Assembly (NCBI RefSeq): GCF_009914755.1
Contig: NC_060935.1
DNA from: the human T2T-CHM13v2.0 reference genome, Homo sapiens
Length of the DNA stretch: 64,000 bases
Reading direction: 5' to 3' (one strand)
The translations under genes were made by a program, and so were the position numbers. The notes beneath the pieces are model-generated. The model worked only from the letters and a program-made list of their open reading frames with translations. It was not told the origin of the DNA and did no database searches. The stretch's first letter is position 1; every line of letters starts with the position of its first letter. Shown here piece by piece: positions 1 through 13,800 of the stretch.

Positions 1-340
1 TGTGGTGGAAAAGGAAAATCTTCACATAAAAACTAGATGGAAGCATTCTCAGAAACTACTTTGTGATGATTGCATTCGACTCACAGAGTTGAACATTCCT
101 ATAGATAGAGCAGGTTGTAAACAATCTTTTTGTAGAATCTGCGATTGGAGATTTGGACTGCTTTGAGGCCTACTGTAGTAAAGGAAATAACTTCATCTAA
201 AAACCAAACGGAAGCATTCACAGACAATTCTTAGTGATCATTGGATTGAAATAACAGAGCTGAACATTCCTTTAGATGGCGCAGTTTCCAAACACACTTT
301 CTGTAGAATCTGCAAGTGGATATTTGGACCTCTCTGAGGA

Positions 341-357
341 TTTCGTTGGAAACGGGA
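341..357 (+). other. CENP-B box 1 of the HOR (canonical; repeats every 850 bp)
   Basis: TTTCGTTGGAAACGGGA matches NTTCGNNNNANNCGGGN at all 9 core positions. Confidence 0.97.
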
Positions 358-507
358 TAAACTTCCCAGAACTACACGGAAGCATGCTGAGAAACTTCTT
401 TGTGATGTTTGCATTCAACTCACAGAGCTGAACCTTGCTTTCATAGTTCAGCTTTCAAACACACTTTTTGTAGAATCTGCAAGTGGATATTTGGACCACT
501 TTGTGGC

Positions 508-524
508 CTTCCTTCGAAACGGGT
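508..524 (+). other. Degenerate CENP-B box in the middle B-type monomer (fixed in the HOR)
   Basis: CTTCCTTCGAAACGGGT has the core TTCG replaced by TTCC in every copy examined, so it is predicted not to bind CENP-B. Confidence 0.85.
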
Positions 525-678
525 ATATCTTCACATCAAACCTAGACAGAAGCATTCTCAGAATGTTTCCTGTGATGACTGCATTCAACTCACAGAGGTG
601 AACAATCCTGCTGATGAAGCAGTGTTGAAACTCTCTTTCTTTGGATTCTGCAAGTGGATATGTGGACCTCTGTGAAGA

Positions 679-695
679 TTTCGTTGGAAACGGGT
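679..695 (+). other. CENP-B box 3 of the HOR (canonical; repeats every 850 bp)
   Basis: TTTCGTTGGAAACGGGT matches all 9 core positions. Confidence 0.97.
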
Positions 696-810
696 TCATC
701 TTCACAGAAAAACTAAACAGGAGCATTCTCAGAAACTGCTTTGTGATGTTTGTGTTCCACTTCAAGAATTGAACTTTCCTCTTGACAGAGCAGCTCTGAA
801 ACCCTCTTTT

Positions 811-1660
811 TCTAGAATCTGCAAGTGGACATTTGGAGGGCTTTGAGGCCTGTGGTGGAAAAGGAAAATCTTCACATAAAAACTAGATGGAAGCATTCTC
901 AGAAACTACTTTGTGATGATTGCATTCGACTCACAGAGTTGAACATTCCTATAGATAGAGCAGGTTGTAAACAATCTTTTTGTAGAATCTGCGATTGGAG
1001 ATTTGGACTGCTTTGAGGCCTACTGTAGTAAAGGAAATAACTTCATCTAAAAACCAAACGGAAGCATTCACAGACAATTCTTAGTGATCATTGCATTGAA
1101 CTAACAGAGCTGAACATTCCTTTAGATGGCGCAGTTTCCAAACACACTTTCTGTAGAATCTGCAAGTGGATATTTGGACCTCTCTGAGGATTTCGTTGGA
1201 AACGGGATAAACTTCCCAGAACTACACGGAAGCATTGTGAGAAACTTCTTTGTGATGTTTGCATTCAACTCACAGAGCTGAACCTTGCTTTCATAGTTCA
1301 GCTTTCAAACACTCTTTTTGTAGAATCTGCAAGTGGATATTTGGACCACTTTGTGGCCTTCCTTCGAAACGGGTATATCTTCACATCAAACCTAGACAGA
1401 AGCATTCTCAGAATGTTTCCTGTGATGACTGCATTCAACTCACAGAGGTGAACAATCCTGCTGATGGAGCAGTTTTGAAACTCTCTTTCTTTGGATTCTG
1501 CAAGTGGATATGTGGACCTCTGTGAAGATTTCGTTGGAAAAGGGTTCATCTTCACAGAAAAACTAAACAGGAGCATTCTCAGAAACTGCTTTGTGATGTT
1601 TGTGTTCCACTTCGAGAATTGAACTTTCCTCTAGACAGAGCAGCTCTGAAACCCTCTTTC
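811..1660 (+). repeat. One representative 850-bp HOR unit (XbaI to XbaI register), five monomers of about 167-171 bp
   Basis: TCTAGA occurs at 811 and 1661. Box-equivalent positions are at about 850, 1020, 1191, 1358 and 1529, giving spacings of about 170, 171, 167 and 171 bp. Confidence 0.95.
850..866 (+). other. A-box (pJalpha-type) position of an A-type monomer; the second A-type box is at about 1020
   Basis: CTGTGGTGGAAAAGGAA lies at the position homologous to the CENP-B box and resembles the A-type consensus. The next monomer has CTACTGTAGTAAAGGAAA. Confidence 0.75.
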
Positions 1661-3399
1661 TCTAGAATCTGCAAGGGGACATTTGGAGGGCTTTGAGGCC
1701 TGTGGTGGAAAAGGAAAATCTTCACATAAAAACTAGATGGAAGCATTCTCAGAAACTACTTTGTGATGATTGCATTCGACTCACAGAGTTGAACATTCCT
1801 ATAGATAGAGCAGGTTGTAAACAATCTTTTTGTAGAATCTGCGATTGGAGATTTGGACTGCTTTGAGGCCTACTGTAGTAAAGGAAATAAATTCATCTAA
1901 AAACCAAACGGAAGCATTCACAGACAATTCTTAGTGATCATTGGATTGAACTAACAGAGCTGAACATTCCTTTAGATGGAGCAGTTTCCAAACACACTTT
2001 CTGTAGAATCTGCAAGTGGATATTTGGACTTCTCTGAGGATTTCGTTGGAAACGGGATAAACTTCCCAGAACTACACGGAAGCATTGTGAGAAACTTCTT
2101 TGTGATGTTTGCATTCAACTCACAGAGTTGAACCTTGCTTTCATAGTTCAGCTTTCAAACACTCTTTTTGTAGAATCTGCAAGTGGATATTTGGACCACT
2201 TTGTGGCCTTCCTTCGAAACGGGTATATCTTCACATCAAACCTAGACAGAAGCATTCTCAGAATGTTTCCTGTGATGACTGCATTCAACTCACAGAGGTG
2301 AACAATCCTGCTGATGGAGCAGTTTTGAAACTCTCTTTCTTTGGATTCTGCAAGTGGATATGTGGACCTCTGTGAAGATTTCGTTGGAAACGGGTTCATC
2401 TTCACAGAAAAACTAAACAGAAGCATTCTCAGAAACTGCTTTGTGATGTTTGTGTTCCACTTCAGGAATTGAACTTTCCTCTTGACAGAGCAGCTCTGAA
2501 ACCCTCTTATTCTAGAATCTGAAAGTGGACATTTGGAGGGCTTTGAGGCCTGTGGTGGAAAAGGAAAATCTTCACATAAAAACTAGATGGAAGCATTCTC
2601 AGAAACTACTTTTTGATGATTGCATTCGACTCACAGAGTTGAACATTCCTGTAGATAGAGCAGGTTGTAAACAATGTTTTTGTAGAATCTGCGATTGGAG
2701 ATTTGGAATGCTTTGAGGCCTACTGTAGTAAAGGAAATAACTTCATCTAAAAACAAAACGGAAGCATTCACAGACAATTCTTAGTGATCATTGGATTGAA
2801 CTAACAGAGCTGAACATTCCTTTAGATGGAGCAGTTTCCAAACCCACTTTCTGTAGAATCTGCAAGTGGATATTTGGACTTCTCTGAGGATTTCGTTGGA
2901 AACGGGATAAACTTCCCAGAACTACACGGAAGCATTGTGAGAAACTTCTTTGTGATGTTTGCATTCAACTCACAGAGTTGAACCTTGCTTTCATAGTTCA
3001 GCTTTCAAACACTCTTTTTGTAGAATCTGCAAGTGGATATTTGGACCACTTTGTGGCCTTCCTTCGAAACGGGTATATCTTCACATCAAACCTAGACAGA
3101 AGCATTCTCAGAATGTTTCCTGTGATGACTGCATTCAACTCACAGAGGTGAACAATCCTGTTGATGGAGCAGTTTTGAAACTCTCTTTCTTTGGATTCTG
3201 CAAGTGGATATGTGGACCTCTGTGAAGATTTCGTTGGAAACGGGTTCATCTTCACAGAAAAACTAAACAGAAGCATTCTCAGAAACTGCTTTGTGATGTT
3301 TGTGTTCCACTTCAGGAATTGAACTTTCCTCTTGAAAGAGCAGATCTGAAACCCTCTTTTTCTGGAATCTGCAAGTGGACATTTGGAGGGCTTTGAGGC

Positions 3400-6300
3400 C
3401 TGTGGTGGAAAAGGAAAATCTTCAGATAAAAACTAGATGGAAGCATTCTCAGAAACTACTTTGTGATGATTGCATTCGACTCACAGAGTTGAACATTCCT
3501 ATAGATAGAGCAGGTTGTAAACAATCTTTTTGTAGAATCTGCGATTGGAGATTTGGACTGCTTTGAGGCCTACTGTAGTAAAGGAAATAACTTCATCTAA
3601 AAACCAAACGGAAGCATTCACAGACAATTCTTAGTGATCATTGGATTGAACTAACAGAGCTGAACATTCCTTTAGATGGAGCAGTTTCCAAACACACTTT
3701 CTGTAGAATCTGCAAGTGGATATTTGGACTTCTCTGAGGATTTCGTTGGAAACGGGATAAACTTCCGAGAACTACACGGAAGCATTCTGAGAAACTTCTT
3801 TGTGATGTTTGCATTCAACTCACAGAGTTGAACCTTGCTTTCATAGTTCAGCTTTCAAACACTCTTTTTGTAGAATCTGCAAGTGGATATTTGGACCACT
3901 TTGTGGCCTTCCTTCGAAACGGGTATATCTTCACATCAAACCTAGACAGAAGCATTCTCAGAATGTTTCCTGTGATGACTGCATTCAACTCACAGAGGTG
4001 AACAATCCTGTTGATGGAGCAGTTTTGAAACTCTCTTTCTTTGGATTCTGCAAGTGGATATGTGGACCTCTGTGAAGATTTCGTTGGAAACGGGTTCATC
4101 TTCACAGAAAAACTAAACAGAAGCATTCTCAGAAACTGCTTTGTGATGTTTGTGTTCCACTTCAAGAATTGAACTTTCCTCTTGACAGAGCAGCTCTGAA
4201 ACCCTCTTTTTCTAGAATCTGCAAGTGGACATTTGGAGGGCTTTGAGGCCTGTGGTGGAAAAGGAAAATCTTCACATAAAAACTAGATGGAAGCATTCTC
4301 AGAAACTACTTTGTGATGATTGCATTCGACTCACAGAGTTGAACATTCCTATAGATAGAGCAGGTTGTAAACAATCTTTTTGTAGAATCTGCGATTGGAG
4401 ATTTGGACTGCTTTGAGGCCTACTGTAGTAAAGGAAATAACTTCATCTAAAAACCAAACGGAAGCATTCACAGACAATTCTTAGTGATCATTGGATTGAA
4501 CTAACAGAGCTGAACATTCCTTTAGATGGAGCAGTTTCCAAACCCACTTTCTGTAGAATCTGCAAGTGGATATTTGGACTTCTCTGAGGATTTCGTTGGA
4601 AACGGGATAAACTTCCCAGAACTACACGGAAGCATTGTGAGAAACTTCTTTGTGATGTTTGCATTCAACTCACAGAGTTGAACCTTGCTTTCATAGTTCA
4701 GCTTTCAAACACTCTTTTTGTAGAATCTGCAAGTGGATATTTGGACCACTTTGTGGCCTTCCTTCGAAACGGGTATATCTTCACATCAAACCTAGACAGA
4801 AGCATTCTCAGAATGTTTCCTGTGATGACTGCATTCAACTCACAGAGGTGAAGAATCCTGCTGATGGAGCAGTTTTGAAACTCTCTTTCTTTGGATTCTG
4901 CAAGTGGATATGTGGACCTCTGTGAAGATTTCGTTGGAAACGGGTTCATCTTCACAGAAAAACTAAACAGAAGCATTCTCAGAAACTGCTTTGTGATGTT
5001 TGTGTTCCACTTCAGGAATTGAACTTTCCTCTTGACAGAGCAGCTCTGAAACCCTCTTATTCTAGAATCTGCAAGTGGACATTTGGAGGGCTTCGAGGCC
5101 TGTGGTGGAAAAGGAAAATCTTCACATAAAAACTAGATGGAAGCATTCTCAGAAATTACTTTGTGATGATTGCATTCGACTCACAGAGTTGAACATTCCT
5201 ATAGATAGAGCAGGTTGTAAACAATCTTTTTGTAGAATCTGCGATTGGAGATTTGGACTGCTTTGATGCCTACTGTAGTAAAGGAAATAACTTCATCTAA
5301 AAACCAAACGGAAGCATTCACAGACAATTCTTAGTGATCATTGGATTGAACTAACAGAGCTGAACATTCCTTTAGATGGAGTAGTTTCCAAACACACTTT
5401 CTGTAGAATCTGCAAGTGGATATTTGGACTTCTCTGAGGATTTCGTTGAAAACGGGATAAACTTCCCAGAACTACACGGAAGCATTGTGAGAAACTTCTT
5501 TGTGATGTTTGCATTCAACTCACAGAGTTGAACCTTGCTTTCATAGTTCAGCTTTCAAACACTCTTTTTGTAGAATCTGCAATTGGATATTTGGACCACT
5601 TTGTGGCCTTCCTTCGAAACGGGTATATCTTCACATCAAACCTAGACAGAAGCATTCTCAGAATGTTTCCTGTGATGACTGCATTCAACTCACAGAGGTG
5701 AACAATCCTGTTGATGGAGCAGTTTTGAAACTCTCTTTCTTTGGATTCTGCAAGTGGATATGTGGACCTCTGTGAAGATTTCGTTGGAAACGGGTTCATC
5801 TTCACAGAAAAACTAAACAGAAGCATTCTCAGAAACTGCTTTGTGATGTTTGTGTTCCACTTCAGGAATTGAACTTTCCTCTTGAAAGAGCAGCTCTGAA
5901 ACCCTCTTTTTCTGGAATCTGCAAGTGGACATTTGGAGGGCTTTGAGGCCTGTGGTGGAAAAGGAAAATCTTCAGATAAAAACTAGATGGAAGCATTCTC
6001 AGAAACTACTTTGTGATGATTGCATTCGACTCACAGAGTTGAACATTCCTATAGATAGAGCAGGTTGTAAACAATCTTTTTGTAGAATCTGCGATTGGAG
6101 ATTTGGACTGCTTTGAGGCCTACTGTAGTAAAGGAAATAACTTCATCTAAAAACCAAACGGAAGCATTCACAGACAATTCTTAGTGATCATTGGATTGAA
6201 CTAACAGAGCTGAACATTCCTTTATATGGCGCAGTTTCCAAACACACTTTCTGTAGAATCTGCAAGTGGATATTTGGACCTCTCTGAGGATTTCGTTGGA

Positions 6301-9300
6301 AACGGGATAAACTTCCCAGAACTACACGGAAGCATTGTGAGAAACTTCTTTGTGATGTTTGCATTCAACTCACAGAGTTGAACCTTGCTTTCATAGTTCA
6401 GCTTTCAAACACTCTTTTTGTAGAATCTGCAAGTGGATATTTGGACCACTTTGTGGCCTTCCTTCGAAACGGGTATATCTTCACATCAAACCTAGACAGA
6501 AGCATTCTCAGAATGTTTCCTGTGATGACTGCATTCAACTCACAGAGGTGAAGAATCCTGCTGATGGAGCAGTTTTGAAACTCTCTTTCTTTGGATTCTG
6601 CAAGTGGATATGTGGACCTCTGTGAAAATTTCGTTGGAAACGGGTTCATCTTCACAGAAAAACTAAACAGAAGCATTCTCAGAAACTGCTTTGTGATGTT
6701 TGTGTTCCACTTCAGGAATTGAACTTTCCTCTTGACAGAGCAGCTCTGAAACCCTCTTATTCTAGAATCTGCAAGTGGACATTTGGAGGGCTTTGAGGCC
6801 TGTGGTGGAAAAGGAAAATCTTCACATAAAAACTAGATGGAAGCATTCTCAGAAACTACTTTGTGATGATTGCATTCGACTCACAGAGTTGAACATTCCT
6901 ATAGATAGAGCAGGTTGTAAACAATCTTTTTGTAGAATCTGCGATTGGAGATTTGGACTGCTTTGAGGCCTACTGTAGTAAAGGAAATAACTTCATCTAA
7001 AAACCAAACGGAAGCATTCACAGACAATTCTTAGTGATCATTGGATTGAACTAACAGAGCTGAACATTCCTTTAGATGGAGCAGTTTCCAAACCCACTTT
7101 CTGTAGAATCTGCAAGTGGATATTTGGACTTCTCTAAGGATTTCGTTGGAAACGGGATAAACTTCCCAGAACTACAGGGAAGCATTTTGAGAAACTTCTT
7201 TGCGATGTTTGCATTCAACTCACAGAGTTGAACCTTGCTTTCATAGTTCAGCTTTCAAACACTCTTTTTGTAGAATCTGCAAGTGGATATTTGGACCACT
7301 TTGTGGCCTTCCTTCGAAACGAGTATATCTTCACATCAAACCTAGACAGAAGCATTCTCAGAATGTTTCCTGTGATGACTGCATTCAACTCACAGAGGTG
7401 AACAATCCTGTTGATGGAGCAGTTTTGAAACTCTCTTTCTTTGGATTCTGCAAGTTGATATGTGGACCTCTGTGAAGATTTCGTTGGAAACGGGTTCATC
7501 TTCACAGAAAAATTAACAGGAGCATTCTCAGAAACTGCTTTGTGATGTTTGTGTTCCACTTCAAGAATTGAACTTTCCTCTTGACAGAGCAGCTCTGAAA
7601 CCCTCTTTTTCTAGAATCTGCAAGTGGACATTTGGAGGGCTTTGAGGCCTGTGGTGGAAAAGGAAAATCTTCACATAAAAACTAGATGGAAGCATTCTCA
7701 GAAACTACTTTGTGATGATTGCATTCGACTCACAGAGTTGAACATTCCTATAGATAGAGCAGGTTGTAAACAATCTTTTTGTAGAATCTGCGATTGGAGA
7801 TTTGGACTGCTTTGCGGCCTACTGTAGTAAAGGAAATAACTTCATCTAAAAACCAAACGGAAGCATTCACAGACAATTCTTAGTGATCATTGGATTGAAC
7901 TAACAGAGCTGAACATTCCTTTAGATGGAGCAGTTTCCAAACACACTTTCTGTAGAATCTGCAAGTGGATATTTGGACTTCTCTGAGGATTTCGTTGGAA
8001 ACGGGATAAACTTCCGAGAACTACACGGAAGCATTCTGAGAAACTTCTTTGTGATGTTTGCATTCAACTCACAGAGTTGAACCTTGCTTTCATAGTTCAG
8101 CTTTCAAACACTCTTTTTGTAGAATCTGCAAGTGGATATTTGGACCACTTTGTGGCCTTCCTTCGAAACGGGTATATCTTCACATCAAACCTAGACAGAA
8201 GCATTCTCAGAATGTTTCCTGTGATGACTGCATTCAACTCACAGAGGTGAACAATCCTGTTGATGGAGCAGTTTTGAAACTCTCTTTCTTTGGATTCTGC
8301 AAGTGGATATGTGGACCTCTGTGAAGATTTCGTTGGAAACGGGTTCATCTTCACAGAAAAACTAAACAGAAGCATTCTCAGAAACTGCTTTGTGATGTTT
8401 GTGTTCCACTTCAAGAATTGAACTTTCCTCTTGACAGAGCAGCTCTGAAACCCTCTTTTTCTAGAATCTGCAAGTGGACATTTGGAGGGCTTTGAGGCCT
8501 GTGGTGGAAAAGGAAAATCTTCACATAAAAACTAGATGGAAGCATTCTCAGAAACTACTTTGTGATGATTGCATTCGACTCACAGAGTTGAACATTCCTA
8601 TAGATAGAGCAGGTTGTAAACAATCTTTTTGTAGAATCTGCGATTGGAGATTTGGACTGCTTTGAGGCCTACTGTAGTAAAGGAAATAACTTCATCTAAA
8701 AACCAAACGGAAGCATTCACAGACAATTCTTAGTGATCATTGGATTGAACTAACAGAGCTGAACATTCCTTTAGATGGAGCAGTTTCCAAACCCACTTTC
8801 TGTAGAATCTGCAAGTGGATATTTGGACTTCTCTGAGGATTTCGTTGGAAACGGGATAAACTTCCCAGAACTACACGGAAGCATTGTGAGAAACTTCTTT
8901 GTGATGTTTGCATTCAACTCACAGAGTTGAACCTTGCTTTCATAGTTCAGCTTTCAAACACTCTTTTTGTAGAATCTGCAAGTGGATATTTGGACCACTT
9001 TGTGGCCTTCCTTCGAAACGGGTATATCTTCACATCAAACCTAGACAGAAGCATTCTCAGAATGTTTCCTGTGATGACTGCATTCAACTCACAGAGGTGA
9101 AGAATCCTGCTGATGGAGCAGTTTTGAAACTCTCTTTCTTTGGATTCTGCAAGTGGATATGTGGACCTCTGTGAAGATTTCGTTGGAAACGGGTTCATCT
9201 TCACAGAAAAACTAAACAGAAGCATTCTCAGAAACTGCTTTGTGATGTTTGTGTTCCACTTCAGGAATTGAACTTTCCTCTTGACAGAGCAGCTCTGAAA

Positions 9301-12300
9301 CCCTCTTATTCTAGAATCTGCAAGTGGACATTTGGAGGGCTTCGAGGCCTGTGGTGGAAAAGGAAAATCTTCACATAAAAACTAGATGGAAGCATTCTCA
9401 GAAACTACTTTGTGATGATTGCATTCGACTCACAGAGTTGAACATTCCTATAGATAGAGCAGGTTGTAAACAATCTTTTTGTAGAATCTGCGATTGGAGA
9501 TTTGGACTGCTTTGATGCCTACTGTAGTAAAGGAAATAACTTCATCTAAAAACCAAACGGAAGCATTCACAGACAATTCTTAGTGATCATTGGATTGAAC
9601 TAACAGAGCTGAACATTCCTTTAGATGGAGTAGTTTCCAAACACACTTTCTGTAGAATCTGCAAGTGGATATTTGGACTTCTCTGAGGATTTCGTTGAAA
9701 ACGGGATAAACTTCCCAGAACTACACGGAAGCATTGTGAGAAACTTCTTTGTGATGTTTGCATTCAACTCACAGAGTTGAACCTTGCTTTCATAGTTCAG
9801 CTTTCAAACACTCTTTTTGTAGAATCTGCAAGTGGATATTTGGACCACTTTGTGGCCTTCCTTCGAAACGGGTATATCTTCACATCAAACCTAGACAGAA
9901 GCATTCTCAGAATGTTTCCTGTGATGACTGCATTCAGCTCACAGAGGTGAACAATCCTGTTGATGGAGCAGTTTTGAAACTCTCTTTCTTTGGATTCTGC
10001 AAGTGGATATGTGGACCTCTGTGAAGATTTCGTTGGAAACGGGTTCATCTTCACAGAAAAACTAAACAGAAGCATTCTCAGAAACTGCTTTGTGATGTTT
10101 GTGTTCCACTTCAGGAATTGAACTTTCCTCTTGAAAGAGCAGCTCTGAAACCCTCTTTTTCTGGAATCTGCAAGTGGACATTTGGAGGGCTTTGAGGCCT
10201 GTGGTGGAAAAGGAAAATCTTCAGATAAAAACTAGATGGAAGCATTCTCAGAAACTACTTTGTGATGATTGCATTCGACTCACAGAGTTGAACATTCCTA
10301 TAGATAGAGCAGGTTGTAAACAATCTTTTTGTAGAATCTGCGATTGGAGATTTGGACTGCTTTGAGGCCTACTGTAGTAAAGGAAATAACTTCATCTAAA
10401 AACCAAACGGAAGCATTCACAGACAATTCTTAGTGATCATTGGATTGAACTAACAGAGCTGAACATTCCTTTATATGGCGCAGTTTCCAAACACACTTTC
10501 TGTAGAATCTGCAAGTGGATATTTGGACCTCTCTGAGGATTTCGTTGGAAACGGGATAAACTTCCCAGAACTACACGGAAGCATTGTGAGAAACTTCTTT
10601 GTGATGTTTGCATTCAACTCACAGAGTTGAACCTTGCTTTCATAGTTCAGCTTTCAAACACTCTTTTTGTAGAATCTGCAAGTGGATATTTGGACCACTT
10701 TGTGGCCTTCCTTCGAAACGGGTATATCTTCACATCAAACCTAGACAGAAGCATTCTCAGAATGTTTCCTGTGATGACTGCATTCAACTCACAGAGGTGA
10801 AGAATCCTGCTGATGGAGCAGTTTTGAAACTCTCTTTCTTTGGATTCTGCAAGTGGATATGTGGACCTCTGTGAAAATTTCGTTGGAAACGGGTTCATCT
10901 TCACAGAAAAACTAAACAGAAGCATTCTCAGAAACTGCTTTGTGATGTTTGTGTTCCACTTCAGGAATTGAACTTTCCTCTTGACAGAGCAGCTCTGAAA
11001 CCCTCTTATTCTAGAATCTGCAAGTGGACATTTGGAGGGCTTTGAGGCCTGTGGTGGAAAAGGAAAATCTTCACATAAAAACTAGATGGAAGCATTCTCA
11101 GAAACTACTTTGTGATGATTGCATTCGACTCACAGAGTTGAACATTCCTATAGATAGAGCAGGTTGTAAACAATCTTTTTGTAGAATCTGCGATTGGAGA
11201 TTTGGACTGCTTTGAGGCCTACTGTAGTAAAGGAAATAACTTCATCTAAAAACCAAACGGAAGCATTCACAGACAATTCTTAGTGATCATTGGATTGAAC
11301 TAACAGAGCTGAACATTCCTTTAGATGGAGCAGTTTCCAAACCCACTTTCTGTAGAATCTGCAAGTGGATATTTGGACTTCTCTAAGGATTTCGTTGGAA
11401 ACGGGATAAACTTCCCAGAACTACAGGGAAGCATTGTGAGAAACTTCTTTGCGATGTTTGCATTCAACTCACAGAGTTGAACCTTGCTTTCATAGTTCAG
11501 CTTTCAAACACTCTTTTTGTAGAATCTGCAAGTGGATATTTGGACCACTTTGTGGCCTTCCTTCGAAACGAGTATATCTTCACATCAAACCTAGACAGAA
11601 GCATTCTCAGAATGTTTCCTGTGATGACTGCATTCAACTCACAGAGGTGAACAATCCTGTTGATGGAGCAGTTTTGAAACTCTCTTTCTTTGGATTCTGC
11701 AAGTTGATATGTGGACCTCTGTGAAGATTTCGTTGGAAACGGGTTCATCTTCACAGAAAAATTAACAGGAGCATTCTCAGAAACTGCTTTGTGATGTTTG
11801 TGTTCCACTTCAAGAATTGAACTTTCCTCTTGACAGAGCAGCTCTGAAACCCTCTTTTTCTAGAATCTGCAAGTGGACATTTGGAGGGCTTTGAGGCCTG
11901 TGGTGGAAAAGGAAAATCTTCAGATAAAAACTAGATGGAAGCATTCTCAGAAACTACTTTGTGATGATTGCATTCGACTCACAGAGTTGAACATTCCTAT
12001 AGATAGAGCAGGTTGTAAACAATCTTTTTGTAGAATCTGCGATTGGAGATTTGGACTGCTTTGAGGCCTACTGTAGTAAAGGAAATAACTTCATCTAAAA
12101 ACCAAACGGAAGCATTCACAGACAATTCTTAGTGATCATTGGATTGAACTAACAGAGCTGAACATTCCTTTAGATGGAGCAGTTTCCAAACACACTTTCT
12201 GTAGAATCTGCAAGTGGATATTTGGACTTCTCTGAGGATTTCGTTGGAAACGGGATAAACTTCCGAGAACTACACGGAAGCATTCTGAGAAACTTCTTTG

Positions 12301-13800
12301 TGATGTTTGCATTCAACTCACAGAGTTGAACCTTGCTTTCATAGTTCAGCTTTCAAACACTCTTTTTGTAGAATCTGCAAGTGGATATTTGGACCACTTT
12401 GTGGCCTTCCTTCGAAACGGGTATATCTTCACATCAAACCTAGACAGAAGCATTCTCAGAATGTTTCCTGTGATGACTGCATTCAACTCACAGAGGTGAA
12501 CAATCCTGTTGATGGAGCAGTTTTGAAACTCTCTTTCTTTGGATTCTGCAAGTGGATATGTGGACCTCTGTGAAGATTTCGTTGGAAACGGGTTCATCTT
12601 CACAGAAAAACTAAACAGAAGCATTCTCAGAAACTGCTTGGTGATGTTTGTGTTCCACTTCAAGAATTGAACTTTCCTCTTGACAGAGCAGCTCTGAAAC
12701 CCTCTTTTTCTAGAATCTGCAAGTGGACATTTGGAGGGCTTTGAGGCCTGTGGTGGAAAAGGAAAATCTTCACATAAAAACTAGATGGAAGCATTCTCAG
12801 AAACTACTTTGTGATGATTGCATTCGACTCACAGAGTTGAACATTCCTATAGATAGAGCAGGTTGTAAACAATCTTTTTGTAGAATCTGCGATTGGAGAT
12901 TTGGACTGCTTTGAGGCCTACTGTAGTAAAGGAAATAACTTCATCTAAAAACCAAACGGAAGCATTCACAGACAATTCTTAGTGATCATTGCATTGAACT
13001 AACAGAGCTGAACATTCCTTTAGATGGAGCAGTTTCCAAACCCACTTTCTGTAGAATCTGCAAGTGGATATTTGGACTTCTCTGAGGATTTCGTTGGAAA
13101 CGGGATAAACTTCCCAGAACTACACGGAAGCATTCTGAGAAACTTCTTTGTGATGTTTGCATTCAACTCACAGAGTTGAACCTTGCTTTCATAGTTCAGC
13201 TTTCAAACACTCTTTTTGTAGAATCTGCAAGTGGATATTTGGACCACTTTGTGGCCTTCCTTCGAAACGGGTATATCTTCACATCAAACCTAGACAGAAG
13301 CATTCTCAGAATGTTTCCTGTGATGACTGCATTCAACTCACAGAGGTGAAGAATCCTGCTGATGGAGCAGTTTTGAAACTCTCTTTCTTTGGATTCTGCA
13401 AGTGGATATGTGGACCTCTGTGAAGATTTCGTTGGAAACGGGTTCATCTTCACAGAAAAACTAAACAGAAGCATTCTCAGAAACTGCTTTGTGATGTTTG
13501 TGTTCCACTTCAGGAATTGAACTTTCCTCTTGACAGAGCAGCTCTGAAACCCTCTTATTCTAGAATCTGCAAGTGGACATTTGGAGGGCTTTGAGGCCTG
13601 TGGTGGAAAAGGAAAATCTTCACATAAAAACTAGATGGAAGCATTCTCAGAAACTACTTTGTGATGATTGCATTCGACTCACAGAGTTGAACATTCCTAT
13701 AGATAGAGCAGGTTGTAAACAATCTTTTTGTAGAATCTGCGATTGGAGATTTGGACTGCTTTGATGCCTACTGTAGTAAAGGAAATAACTTCATCTAAAA
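3400..13800 (+). repeat. 5-HOR super-repeat, period 4249 bp, about 2.4 copies
   Basis: Private variants recur at 4249-bp spacing: CTTCCGAGA at 3767/8016/12265, TTGATGCC at 5267/9516/13765, GTGAAAATT at 6627/10876, and the AATTAACAGG deletion at about 7512/11761. Confidence 0.9.

Noticed and set aside
513-523. TTCGAAACGGG as a third functional CENP-B box
   Set aside because: TTCG and CGGG are 3 bp apart rather than the required 7, and in the proper register the first core reads TTCC.
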